This document shows, in pieces, positions 24,560-37,449 of a DNA stretch of 64,000 nucleotides (its first letter is position 1; each line of letters starts with the position of its first letter). This DNA is from Octopus sinensis. Its lineage: Eukaryota. The stretch spans positions 14,074,001 through 14,138,000 of the forward strand of contig NC_043015.1 in the NCBI RefSeq assembly GCF_006345805.1, read 5' to 3'. The notes beneath the pieces were generated by a model, which had not been told where the DNA came from, searched no databases, and saw only the letters and a list, made by a program, of their open reading frames with translations. The position numbers and the translations under genes were made by a program.

Positions 24560-25500
24560 TTTATTTCATTACATTTGCCATAAAAGCAGTACATAGAGTA
24601 AAGTAGCTTTGCGGGCTGGACAAGGACATTAATGAAATGAATGATAATGAAAGAAAGATGATAAAGATGGGAGAAGACAAAAAGCACCCGCCGACTTCTG
24701 CTTCTCTAAAACATTGTTCTTTAAAACCAAACACAAAACGAGGTATTAAACCTCTTACAACTTTTACAACTTTTCAATTTTTGGACTTAACAGTCCATTA
24801 CAAACAACAACATAGTTCAATAATTACATATAATAAATATAAATACAATACACAAAGCCCCTCCTCCCAGACCTGGCTTACACTTCCCTTAGGCAATGCG
24901 CCAGCTCTCGGTCGGGGCCCCTCAAGGCGTATCTAAACATGTCCTTTGAGAAGGTGTTCATTACTCTGACCATAACGACATCCGATATGATCTTCGTAGT
25001 CACCTACGAAAGCCACTCCTCGTCCCCTAGCCATGGAGACCTTACTCTTACATAAAAATCAACATGTCAACCAAACACAAAAAATACATTATCACTTTTC
25101 CCTTCCTCCTCTTTCCGGACCCCCAGTCAAATATCTAGCCACCTGCAGAGCAGACCACGTTGTCAGCAGAGAGTTCAGAAAGAAAGCGAAGTGCCTATTA
25201 TCAAATGTTTGTGTCTCACAGTGCCACAATTTATAACTCACCCTCAAAATAGCTTGTGCCCGCATCCTCTACCATCCTCCACGCCTCTTTCAAAATCGTA
25301 TCGAGTTCCGTGTCAGCGTTGCCCGGGGGTACAAGCGATATTCCTCATTGAGCCCCTTCAGCCCAAACGTCATGTCAAACGTTATGGCCTCCACAGCTAC
25401 CTGCGGAGGCCATTCGAGGTTCTGTGTGAAGGCAAAAGGTGCTCCCTTATGGTGCTTTTCCCCTCCTTCTTGTTATATCTATGTATGCCTTAAATAGGCA
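24560..25500 (-). mobile_element. unclassified repeat, possibly 3' part of another ORF1-type element
   Basis: GC-richer block; minus-strand pyrimidine-rich end resembles 19020-19140; no motif recognised. Confidence 0.25.
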
Positions 25501-27512
25501 AATAAAGAAATTACTCAGAGTCTGTTGATTCTTAGACCGGCATTGAGTCAGGCCTCCCGCATACACACACATACACACACCCGCACGTTCGCCTCACTTA
25601 CTTGGAGCATGTGATGTTACAAGCTTTCCTTCAATTAACCTTATATATTAACGCATTACCTCCAGTAATAAATATGTTATTATTTATTACAAACGAAAAA
25701 TACACCGCCGATATTTGTTGTTGACAAACAACGGCAGTAATTTTATTCAGCTGAATACACGTCATTGATTGGTTGAAATTAACGAAATACGACTACTTTA
25801 ACACGAAATAACTTTATAAATATAAACTTTTCTCAAAAACACTAAAAGTAAAAGATGTTTTATACGACACATTCTACCAGTGTCCGAAGTTTGAAAGTGT
25901 TTAGTTACAAAAAATTATTTTCTAAATCTGCCGGTCAAAATGTAAAGATCCTAATCAACTCAACTCCTCCCCGCCCCCGAACTTGATTGGCTTGTGCCAA
26001 AATTTGAAACCAATATTGAGTGTATTTATATCAATATAATATATGATCGTCCAAAACATTATTATTCCCATATTTTCTCCTCTTTTCACTGTTGCTAGTT
26101 TTCTCCTCATTTCATCTCTTTTCATATTTTTTTCTCTTTTTCAATTGACGTTTGTTATATTTCTATTCGTACTCCATACAACTCCTTACGTCAATCTAAG
26201 GTCATGTCAAATCACGTGTACATACATACATACATACATAGAATCACACACACACACACATATACACACTATCTATATACCGTGCCTGTGCCATTAATAA
26301 TGACGTCAAATACGTTTATCTTAATTAAATGTATTGAGAATGATTAAAAGAATTAAGAGAAAATACACCGATTTACTAATGATTTGTACTAAAAAGGAAA
26401 TTGTAATTTGTTTAAAGTAAAGGGAAAACTGATATTACGAGACGTTAAAATTAACTTTGGGATTAGAAGTCAGTGTTAGCAATCTTATATCTAACTTGTC
26501 AGTATTTTCCCATTTATATTCTAGGCAATATATTATTACGAAGGAGAATATTCTGATAGATATAATTTCAAATGGTACTACTTGAAATAGAAATACTGTT
26601 TTTCTAGTTCTACAAAATAAACCCAATAATGGATCAATAATTAATTCTAATGAGAAATAATGTTCATTGATCACGTGACTGATTTAAAGCATGCTGCGCG
26701 TTTTCTTCTTTTGCGTGCTTTTTACTGAGGTGGGCTACACAGACTAGTGAATGAACACATGGAGATGTGAGCAGTTGGTATGAAGTCAGGCGAACGGGGA
26801 CTACAGTCAGTGTAAAGTTGGCAACGAAGACAGTCGGAAAAAAGATGCACCGTGACCAGTCAAAGTGAACAGGGCAACGATATGAAGAACCACATTACAG
26901 AAGACATCCAGTTGGGTACGGCTACATCAAGTGATGGAGCACTTGTGTCATCATTGACAAAAGATAGGGTAGAGATGGCCACTGAAGGAGGATAAACTCA
27001 TCTACGACTGGGAAGATGTGATGGAAATGAAAACAAAAGAGATTCCACTGAACAACACGGATTTCTATTGATTCCCTGACCTTGAACAAGAATAGGGAAT
27101 ATAAAATGTGACTTAGTGATAACTGTGTGACATTTTCTTTAGTTCTATAACACTTAAAGCTGTTCATTGACTTTTCTTTTGTATTTGTTGATAAAGAAAT
27201 CATTACTGTTCAAAGTAACTCCAAATCAGGGGTTACTTTGATCAGTGACGAGTATATCAAAAAAATAATCAAATATTGACTGCAACTTATTTTTATTTCA
27301 TATATCAGTTTACTTATTTAGTCACCCTAACATAGTCAAATTTAGTTAAGATTGAGAAAAAGGTTATGAAATTATTGTAATAAGTCTAAAACTGATCAAA
27401 GTAACCCCATTTCATAGTGTAGATTGAAACATAATCATATAAACGATACTTACATCTTAAAATACATATTCACAAAAAAAGGAAAAAAAAAAAGAACACT
27501 CAATATGTATGT

Positions 27513-27885
27513 TTAGGAGTGGCTGTGTGGTAAGCAGCTTGCTTACCAACTGCATGGTTCTGGGTTCAGTCCCACTGCGTGGCACCTTGGGCAAGTGTCT
27601 TCTACTATAGCCTCAAGCTGACCAAAGCCTTGTGAGTGGATTCGGTAGACAGAAACTGAAAGAAGCCCATCATATATATGTATATGTAAATATATATGTG
27701 TGTGTGTGTGTTTGTGTGTCTGCGTTTGTCCCCCCAACATCGCTTGTGTTTACATCCCCGTAACTTAGCAAAAGATAGAATAAGTACAAGGCTTACAAAA
27801 ATTAGTCCTGGGGTCGATTTGATTGACTAAAGGCGGTGCTCCAGCATGGCCGCAGTCAAATGACTGAAACCAATAAAACAGTAAA
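27513..27885 (+). mobile_element. SINE family A
   Basis: GGAGTGGCTGTGTGGTAAG...GGTTCAGTCCCACTGCGTGGCACCTTGGGCAAGTG; partly CpG-decayed. Confidence 0.9.
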
Positions 27886-27889
27886 CAGT

Positions 27890-30800
27890 AATACAATTGT
27901 AGAATTAAAACAACCTCAAAGGAAAGATTATCGAACTTGTGACAACTTCAGATTTGAATATCAGTTAATAGACAAAATCATCATGGCTAAGACTCCTTCA
28001 ACCATCATGACCACAATCACTGTATACAATGGACCTACAATCTTAACAAAAATTTATATAAAGCATATATACAATCAGACCTCCAACAATTTGGTTTTAT
28101 GCAAAGGGTAAAAACTTTGTGGCACTCCAAACATGCAGAATTAAATTTTCTCTAAGACACATAAATGAATAAGCAAAATGTAAATTGATACCTCTAATGG
28201 AAATGTCAGTCTTAAAGCACATGGACACTATAACGCCAGCCATTGAAGATAATTATTCCACTTCCACTGAGGGACAGATAAAACAGTCAGCTAAATCTAA
28301 CAAACAACACACCAACAATTTAGATGAAATCCATACTTACACTGCACAAACAAAACCCCAAAGACTTGTGGACACCTTGCAAGTGATCTGGAATGATATA
28401 TTTCAACAAGTCCACAACTTTAATTTGAATGACAGGCCAAACAACACCAGTATAAGTAATGAACCCAGTGAATTAGAATTAAAGACAGTAAATGAAATAG
28501 CAAGCAAATATCTGAAGACCATACATTCCACAGATATGAAAAGAACCCACAAAATCATTAACCTTTTGGTGTGTCTCACAGTTATTACATCTTTAGTGTA
28601 TTGCAAAGAGCTGAAGCTATGCAATTGAAATTCAAGCAGAAAGCCTGAACCAGTAAGGTTTAAAAAATACCAAAAAATCAAAAAAAAAAAAGGAGCTTTT
28701 ATTCTTACAAAGATGCATCCCACTGATAGTAACAACTTAGCTGAAAAACTAAAATATAACTCTATAGTATGTAAATTTATAAAATATAACCCTACAGTAT
28801 ATAACTATATAAATGAAAACTGCTTAATAAATCATTTGCTTGAGATCTCAAACAGCTACAATGTGAAAGGCTCAGTCTTTGTGAAAGACATCCTCACAAA
28901 AGATCAGGTTGAGGGTTACTGGAGATCTGTATGGGAAACAAGTGATGATTTCAACAAACAAGCTGTATGACTGAAATGATCAGCAAAAGAATTATGAAAT
29001 ATACGGCAAAATACTGAAACAGTTCTAGGGAAAATGTCAAACAGAAAATCCCCAGGCTCAAAATAGGTTACTGACTGAAGATTCTCACCTTTTATTGGCA
29101 AGATTTCATACGGTTGGTTAGAGAAGTATCAAGAGCATGCGAGAACTTCCACAACTGTCCCAACTACTTTCCTTATCCCCCAAAATAACCAAACTACCCT
29201 TACTAAAAATTACCATCCAATTGGCAGCCAGAACATGTGCAAATTATACATTATACAAATTATACAATCTGTTCTTGAAGGATCCTTGAACCAACAACAA
29301 CATTATAATACCTGAGCAAGCAGGAGAAAGTTGGGGATGCTGGACTGCTACTAATTAGCAAAATAATCCAGGAAAAACAGTAAAAAAAAAGCTGCAGGAA
29401 CTTAACCGCAGTGTGGCTGGACCACCAGATGATTTTTTATAGTAAACCACATTGGTGGATTATCAGGGCTTTACAAAGCCCCACAACCACTTGTGAGTGC
29501 TATTGAATGCCTGACCAAGACACGGTGTACCACTTTTCTCCTTAGTGATAAGTGGCAAGTTGAGTCAGATTACATTCACTACCAAAAAGGTATCTTTCAG
29601 GGTGATAGCCGGTCGATGTTGCTCTTTGTCCTCACATTAAACCCACTATCACACCTGCTCACAAAACATAGCAGCCATAGAAATGGATCCAGAAGTATAT
29701 TCCATCCTTTTTTTGTCAATGACTGGAAACTGTATGGGTTAAATATCAACCACATAATAAACAAAAAAACAACTGGAGCTCATTATCCAATTTTCTACAG
29801 GCATTGGAATGACATTTGTTGAGTCCAAATGTGCATTTTTAATGATAAAACATGAAAAAGTTGTGCTCTCCTTTGAAAACTTAAAAATGAAAGGCTTCAC
29901 AATACAGCCGTTACAGTCAGATGACAATTATAGGTATCTTGGTCAAGATGAGAATGTCAAATATTATAGACCTATTAATAAGAAGAGGACCAGAAATGAA
30001 TACTTCAGAAGAGTAAAGAGAATATGGTAATCAGAACTCTCAACTTACAACAAGCATATTGCCCACAACACCTTTGCAATACCTGTCCTCACATTTGGCC
30101 TTCTGATCTAGTCACTATTAGAACTCAATGAGGTAGATGTTCAAACTCACAAGCCACTCAGTGTTATAAGAAGCTTCAACATCAATGAAATGTAGACAGG
30201 CTATATTTCCCATGCAAGGATGGTGGCCGTGGTCTCAAATCTATTTTGATGTCATATGAAGCACATATTGGGACACTGAAACATCTGCAACAGAGGAAAG
30301 AGACCAATAGCTCTCTTGCCCAAGTTTGTGACCATGAAATCAACATAATTAAGATAGCTAATGAACTTGAAGGGAGATATGAAATACAAGTTGAAACAGA
30401 TCTCTCCCCAAGGAGCATTGGTAAAATCTATTTATCAGAACAAAATTAAGAAGTGGACCAATTCACTGAGAAGATACTACATGAGTACTTGGCATGAAAA
30501 ACACAAACTATAGAAGGGATTGTGTCAAAAACTTGGAAGGGAGTTGCAACGAGTTTATGACATCCCACTTTGAAGGCTACCTTCATGCAATTCAAAAATA
30601 TGAGCAAGAATCCCCAGTAAGTACCTGCAGAATAAAAGGCAGAAAATATTGACAGACAATAAATGTAGGCTATGCAAGACCAAGACTGAAGACATCCACT
30701 ACATTCTTGGCAACTATGAGAGAATGTTTTCCAGTTATCTTCCCATGAGGCATGATGCAGTGGCCAAAACAGTCTGGAACAGGATAACAAAAAAGGAAAC

Positions 30801-31300
30801 ACCTACAGAGGAAGTTGACCATATTCAGACTGATGGGTCAAAAGAACATTGGTGGAACTTCAAAATTAAAACAGCCACCAAGTTAAGATGTAGCCAGCCA
30901 GATAATGTTGTGTAGAACGACAAAGGAAAGATATGTTCTTTGTGGAAATCAACTGCTCTCTTGACACCAATGTCATTAGAAAAATACAAGAGAAAGAGGA
31001 CATCAATGAACCATTGACAAGGAGTTTGCAAATCTAGGACCCAAGATACACTTTCAACTTCATACCTATTATTATTGGAGCAGTACGATACATACCAACC
31101 CACCTGCAGCAAAGTATGGTTGACTTTGGGATCTCGAAGAGAGAATGCAAATTTTTAATTCATATGCTAAAAATGATCGCAATATCTGGGACTATAAAAA
31201 TCTACAAGACCTTAAGATTTAAAGGATGATAGTTAAAACAAGATGCTTTCACAACCTTGCAACCAATCAGGCGGCTGCTCAACATTTAATCCAAATTAAA
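27890..31300 (+). mobile_element. decayed R4/Dong-like non-LTR retrotransposon (RT plus restriction-like endonuclease)
   Basis: KSPGSK, GIFQGDS..LFVLTLNPLS, FVNDWKLY, YRYLGQDEN, DRLY..KDGGRGL, CRLCK..EDIHYILG, MRHDAVAK, HWWN.KIKTA, PD...VEI, IPIIIGA. Confidence 0.85.
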
Positions 31301-31404
31301 AAGAGAAAGAGAACATGCATCCATACATTACATGCATACGTATGTATTAGTGTGAAAAGTATGAAGGTGCATGGCCCAGTGATTCAATTGTTATTCACAC
31401 GACC

Positions 31405-31580
31405 CAGGGATGGACCCATGGATGGGAGGGGGACTGAGGAGCACATGCCGCCCCCCCCCCCCCATCCTCAAGAAAAGATGTGCACCCTTCTAAATAATGT
31501 TATTACATCCCTTTCTCCTGGAATTGCATTCTCTTTTGACCTTGTGCCCTTCCTTCGAAAAATTCCTGGGATCATACCTG
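31405..31580 (+). mobile_element. about 170 bp MITE-like element, copy 1
   Basis: CAGGGATGGACCCA...TGGGATCATACCTG ends; homologous to 34116-34278 in opposite orientation. Confidence 0.6.
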
Positions 31581-31844
31581 TGACTGTAAAGTCATGGTTC
31601 CAATTCTTTGACAGCCACACCTGTCTAATAAGCAGCAAAATAAATACCAACCTACTGCTGGTACAGTATTGTCTGATTGACCCTGGGCTAAGTATTTTTT
31701 ATAGCCTCTAGTTGATCTATATCTTGTAACTGAAATTGTATATACGGAAACCTTAATGAAGCCCACCGACCAGACTGCAGCTTCAATTCAAAAGGCACTC
31801 ACATACTGTGTAATGTTGGTTTTGTCTGAGAATTACATTAACGA

Positions 31845-31955
31845 TATTCTATCTGTGAAATGCTCAGATGCTAGCATCTTAATTCAGGAGCAGGTAATTC
31901 AGTTGATTGAACAGCTGAACCTTCTTGGCGTACAATGGAGAACCATCACCATAAA

Positions 31956-31995
<40 letters not shown>

Positions 31996-32105
31996 CTGTG
32001 TGTGTGTCTGCGCGCGTGTGTGTGTGTGTGTGTGTGTGTATACAGTAATCTCTCTTTTACCTGGCACTACAGGAACTGGAGTGTTCTCCAATAATTCAAT
32101 TTTCC
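31845..32105. repeat. unclassified interspersed repeat with internal (TG)n
   Basis: Direct homology to 33590-33760 (GAAATGCTCAGATGCT...AATTCAGG.GCAGGTAATTCAGTTGAT). Confidence 0.7.
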
Positions 32106-32314
32106 GGGTATCTGATCATCACTTTTTCAATTACCATAGCACTTTACAAAATTTATTAAAACTCTCTATATACATCGGTATTATCCTTAATATTATGAAT
32201 ACAGTGGAAATGGGAGAAATAAGAAGAAATAATAGTATAATTTATGTGAAAAATAAGTTTTATTAACTTAAAATACAAGTACAGTATTTTATTTTAGTAC
32301 TGGGTCTGACTACG

Positions 32315-32355
32315 CTGCATTGACAAAGGGCAAATACCCTGAAACGCATCTGTAG
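32315..32355 (+). ncRNA. CpG-decayed minimal hammerhead ribozyme (relic)
   Basis: CTGCA-TTGACAA-AGGG-CAAATA-CCCT-GAAA-CGCATC-TGTAG; stems I and II intact, core differs from CTGACGA...GAAACGCGTC by transitions. Confidence 0.6.
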
Positions 32356-32548
32356 CTGTCGGTCAAGTAGTGTGGAGTGACTGACCTCCCTTGTTCGAAG
32401 GTTATATGGATACAGTTTGTGTATCGAATAGCTAACTTAAGGCGATGGCCTCATGGAGCTAATAAGCGGACAGCTTTTTTCTTATTTTTATAAGAATGCC
32501 ATATTAGTATGGCGATAACTATTAATTTATATATATATATATATATAT

Positions 32549-32763
32549 TCAATATGTGACCGTGTTTGTATCGTTAGCGATTTTTTTCCTCCATCTTCCC
32601 TTCCTTGGATCGTTCCTTTTCCTATGTTTCTGACGAAGAGCTCCACTCGAAACGTTAAATCCTCCATCTTTCTTTCGTTTCCTGAGCGTCCAATAACATT
32701 ATACTTGTTCCACGTCCTCGCGTTGTTGTGTTTTCTCTTTGTGTTTTCATGTTTGGATTAAAC

Positions 32764-32803
<40 letters not shown>

Positions 32804-33032
32804 ATATATATATATATTCAATATGTGACCGTGTTTGTATCGTTAGCGATTTTTTTCCTCCATCTTCCCTTCCTTGGATCGTTCCTTTTCCTATGTTTCT
32901 GACGAAGAGCTCCACTCGAAACGTTAAATCCTCCATCTTTCTTTCGTTTCCTGAGCGTCCAATAACATTATACTTGTTCCACGTCCTCGCGTTGTTGTGT
33001 TTTCTCTTTGTGTTTTCATGTTTGGATTAAAC

Positions 33033-33035
<3 letters not shown>
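32549..33035 (+). repeat. tandem dimer of a 218 bp hammerhead-containing unit separated by (TA)n
   Basis: 32549-32766 and 32818-33035 identical by eye, period 269; each has CTGACGA-A-GAG-CTCCA-CTC-GAAACGTT (cores at 32630 and 32899). Confidence 0.9.
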
Positions 33036-33076
<41 letters not shown>

Positions 33077-33589
33077 TTGTATGAGGGGGTGTACAGTTAG
33101 ATGTATGACTACTACAGTTTGAGTTAGAGCTTCAAGTAGATTATCAATATGTATCCAGTCACCTTTCAGTACAGTGATTAATCAACCACTTACTCAGCAA
33201 TATTATTAGTTATGATATACAGAGCACTACACACACACACACACACGCACACACACACATATATATAAAATCACCAAATCTTAACTCAGAATAAGCAGTG
33301 TTTCTGCAGAATTTCAAGGGAAACAACACCCGCTGTCACTGAGTGATGTTGAGATATACAATGATTATTTCCCTTACACTGGGAATCTAAGAAAAGTCTT
33401 ACAAAATTGAACAAGCATGCAAGTAAAACTTTTTACAATGTTGTGTAAATAACCTTTCTTTACGAGCTTTGGTATGGAAATGAAATATATGAATGATTTA
33501 TTAAGAATACAGATGAAATTAGTAACATTCATCTGAAATATGATTACTATTATTGTTGTTGTTATTTGGTTGTGTATTTGGTTAACGAT

Positions 33590-33870
33590 ACTCTTCGAAA
33601 TGCTCAGATGCTTGCGTCTTAATTCAGGGGCAGGTAATTCAGTTGATCCTTGGCGAACAACGGAGAGCCACCGCCATAAAATGTTTGTGTGTGCGGTAAT
33701 CTCTCTCTCTTATTTGGCACCACAGGAATCGGAGTGTTCCCCCAATAAAACTCAATTTTCATGGAAAGAGTGGGTAAGGAGTCAGGCACGAGTGGGAACC
33801 TGATCAACTCATATGGGTTGAAAACTTTCGACAGGGTCGACCACCAATACTTGGCGGCTGTGAATTCGTG
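33590..33870 (+). repeat. repeat module fused to a 105 bp Tx1/L1 RT fragment
   Basis: 33590-33760 matches 31845-32105; 33762-33870 encodes ERVGKESGTSGNLINSYGLKTFDRVDHQYLAAV (D.KAFD motif region). Confidence 0.7.
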
Positions 33871-34115
33871 TGTTGAAATCCTCTCAACACTCAACAAGAT
33901 TATTGTTATTAATATCCTGCAGAGGACTAAGGATGAGAATATATGATAATTTTGTTGCAGAAAATTTGGCTGTCGACGAGACTGAACATAAGAAGATTTG
34001 TTCCGGAGAATTTTCAAACTGGGGAATATGAAGCTTACAAAAATTCCTGGCCTTGCAATGGTATCAGAGGGAGGAGGATATTGTTGGTTACAGATAAATG
34101 CTTCGTGTATTAAAG

Positions 34116-34278
34116 CAGGCGCAGTTTTCAGGAATTTTTCGAAAAGAGGGCACAAGGTCAGAAGAGAATACAATTTCAGGAGAAAAGAGCGTAATATTAT
34201 TTAGAAGGGTGCACTTCTTTTCTTGAAGTGGGTGGCGGGACACGTGTCCTTCATGCATCCCGCTTGGGTCCGCCCTTG
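34116..34278 (-). mobile_element. about 170 bp MITE-like element, copy 2
   Basis: CAGGCGCAG...GGGTCCGCCCTTG ends; homologous to 31405-31580. Confidence 0.6.
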
Positions 34279-34899
34279 TTAGAGTGCCGTCAGCCAGTGC
34301 CAGTCCTTGATGCATGTAGAACGATGAAACCATTCTACATACACATTTTCCAATGTCCAAGCATTTGGTGTTATGTCAAACAGATGTCGCGTTTGGAATG
34401 GAACTGGCAATCGGCTGAATCCGTTGTGAAGATCGCTCGTTTGCTTTCCTTTGCTGACAGTAAATTTCATTTCTCTCGCTGACCATTGTCTTTAGTAGCT
34501 GTATTTCTTGTGATCATGATTCTAGCAGTCCGTTCCCTAACTAATTGAGTCGTCACGATCCGCCTCGATCAGTTGTCGCCAAGTGACTCTCTGGTTGAGT
34601 CGTCAGCGACTGATTTTTGCTTGGGGTGTTCTTGCTTTTATAACTATCTAGAAGGATAGATATATCATTGAGAACAATAGATTTAGTTGGTGATTTTGTT
34701 ATCTCTATTCTAGCTTTTGGTGGAGTAGAAGAGGTTAGAAAGGATCAAGTGGTGAAGACATTATTTCGGCCTAACTAAAGGCATCTGGAAAATGTAAAAC
34801 CTCTGTCGGAGAAAAACCATTGTTCCACCGTGGGAAAAGTTCTGATGCAGTGTCAATTAAAATTTGGCTATGGTGGATTGAATCCACTTCATGCTTGCA

Positions 34900-35090
34900 A
34901 GATCCACTACAGAACTTTTAGAAGTGGGAGACCCAAGAAAACATAGGACGAAGTATTGAGAGTGGGAAGGGAGGAGGTGTAGCCTTAAGTAAATTTGTTG
35001 AAAAGTTATTGTGAGAGTAAACAATATGACTTGAGTGACTGGACCTACGAAAAATGACAGGACTTGTTCATGGACGCGCAAAGTTTCACG
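34900..35090 (+). mobile_element. RTE LINE ORF2 C-terminal remnant
   Basis: AGTGGGAGACCCAAGAAAACATAGGACGAAGTA equals the GRPRKTW.EV motif. Confidence 0.5.
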
Positions 35091-35419
35091 ATTGGCCTAA
35101 GGTACTTATCACCACTATTGGGAAATTTTCAGTACTGGTATTATTTCGGTGGAGTTTTATTTGGGTGGGGAGGTGTGTTGCTAGAGATCTCCACAACAAT
35201 GTTTTTTCTTATTTTCTTGTTACATGTTTTTCAGAAACCCCCATTGTATTGCGTTCTGTCCTCTACATTGCCCTCAGTGTCTCAGATCCCTTTTGGATAA
35301 CAAAGAAATTATCGATAAAATACCAGTCAAGTAATCGTGGTCGATGGTGTCGACTAACCCCCACCCCTCAAAATTGTTGGTTTTCTGCCTTAATAAAAGG
35401 TTGGCACCAGTAGTGTGAC

Positions 35420-35572
35420 TGCTGACGCCATTCCGAATAGATCAATCCACAACAATTCATGCGAAACATCGTAGAAAGAGTGGGTACGGAGTCAAGCACG
35501 AGTGGGACCCTGATCAACTTATATGGATTGAAAACTTTCGATAGAGTCGACCACCAACACTTGGCGGCTGTC
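35420..35572 (+). pseudogene. Tx1/L1 RT fragment
   Basis: IPNRSIHNN...MRNIVERVG...LINLYGLKTFDRVDHQHLAAV; ends at the same base as the 33762-33870 copy. Confidence 0.7.
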
Positions 35573-35634
35573 CCCTCACAACGTCTGGTTTCGGTCTTGT
35601 CTTTCAATATTGCGTCACAGCGTACAAGTGACAT

Positions 35635-36030
35635 TTCTTTTCTACTTTAGGCACAAGGCCCGAAATTTGGGGGGAGGGGGCCAGTCAATTAGATCGACTC
35701 CAGTACGCAACTGGTACTTATATTATCGACCCCGAAAGGATGAAAGGCAAAGTTGACCACGGCGGAATTTGATCTCAGAACGTAGCGGCAGACGAAATAC
35801 CTATTTCTTTACTACCCCACAAGGGGTTAAACACAGAGGGGACAAACAAGGACAGACAAAGGGATTAAGTCGATTACATCTACCCCAGTGCGTAACTGGT
35901 ACTTATTTAATCGACCCCGAAAGGAAGAAAGGCAAAGTCGACCTCGGCGGAATTTGAACTCAGAACGTAGAGAAATACCGATAAGCATTTCGCCCGGCGT
36001 GCTAACGTTTCTGCCAGCTCGCCGCTTTAA
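35635..36030 (-). mobile_element. dimeric SINE family B
   Basis: Two central domains joined by CCCACAAGGGGTTAAACACAGAGGGGACAAACAAGGACAGACAAAGGG linker; CpGs retained. Confidence 0.85.
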
Positions 36031-36917
36031 ATGTACGGTGACATTTGCTTGGTACATGATACTGAATGGTCACCTATCGTAACGATTCAGTGTTATGCGC
36101 TCGGTCTGTCAAAGTTATCTCCCCTCGTCTCTTCTGCGTATACTGACTCCTGAGTCACTATTGTGGAAACTATAGACACCGAGGAACACTCTACACGAAC
36201 TGATTAATGAATGTTTTATAAGAATCTGATCTAATGGAGATGGAAGTTGGGTACGTCTTCTAAGAGGAACAGCCCCAAAAAAAAAAAACTCATAAAACTG
36301 TCCGTTTTCTTAATTTTTGTTTAACCTACAGTGAAGCTTAATAATATATAAATTGCTTTCCATTTCTTTTTAAATTCATTTTGTTGCATTTCATGGGTGT
36401 GGATTATATAAGAGATATGCTGCCTACAACGTAACCGATGTTTATATTTTTTAGGTTTCAACTCATCATATTCATGATTGTGAATACAAATTCTCCAGAC
36501 TCCTGATTATTACCTTCGATCACTACTCGGGACCCAAAAACACCAATAAATATGCGCAGAAAAGGAGTTAGCTCCCTTCGTGCACTGTAAAAGACTAACG
36601 TATTGGCTAATTACTGAAAACAGATAATTGACTGTAAAAACAATAAGTTAAAATCCTGTTCTCACATTGGATAATAGTGACGAACAAAGAATTCCGAGTT
36701 CTCCGTCTTCTTGCTCAGATTGAATTCAGATATCTCATAGAGGAGAGCATGTGTGCTTGAGCCCTTTTAGTCAAAATTCAAAAGCACATTTTGATAGAAC
36801 ACATATTGTCAGCTGCTGGGCGTGAGGGTTTGGTCAGTACTATAAGCATGTATAAGGTTGAGGCGCGGCGAGTGGGACTGTAAACTTAAGGGTCACCCAA
36901 AACGGTAAACACTAGAT

Positions 36918-37100
36918 CAGGCCCGTCGCCTGACTTCGGTACCTGGGGGGTGCTTCAGAATATTCTGGATGGCCATTAATTTATAATAATGCAAAAGTAA
37001 AGTGGAGTTTCGAAATATGTGTATTACTAAATCTGAAGGTGCACTGTTGAATAGCGAGGCGGGCAGTACCGTCCAGCGCACCCCTTTAGTGATGGGCATG
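36918..37100. mobile_element. 183 bp hAT-type MITE
   Basis: Ends CAGGCCCGTCGC / GTGATGGGCATG; 8 bp TSD CACTAGAT (36910-36917) and CACTAGCT (37101-37108), 7/8 match. Confidence 0.7.
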
Positions 37101-37369
37101 CACTAGCTAGACCACAGATCAACAGTACTTGTGTTTTGTGTTTTTGTTTACCAACGATTTTCATGCAGAAAAGTGTCAGAGATTGAAATAAAGTCCTGTT
37201 TACAAAATGCTTGTTTCAAGATGGAGCATTTGAGTCTCTGCATTTTAAGTGATTTGAAACTATCCTAGACCACTTCTTCCCAAATTGTTTTAAGATTAAA
37301 AAGAATTTTAAGCCGCTTAGTGTGGATTTTGAGGATGTAGAGCAGATGACAGGAAATTATACACACACA

Positions 37370-37444
<75 letters not shown>

Positions 37445-37449
37445 TATGT

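Noticed and set aside
32549-33035. CRISPR-like or other spacer-repeat array
   Set aside because: Only two long identical units separated by microsatellite; no short repeats with unique spacers anywhere in the window.
36840-37100. CpG island or promoter at the edge of the decayed domain
   Set aside because: Most of the CpG-rich sequence is explained by a 183 bp MITE with TIRs and 8 bp TSD.
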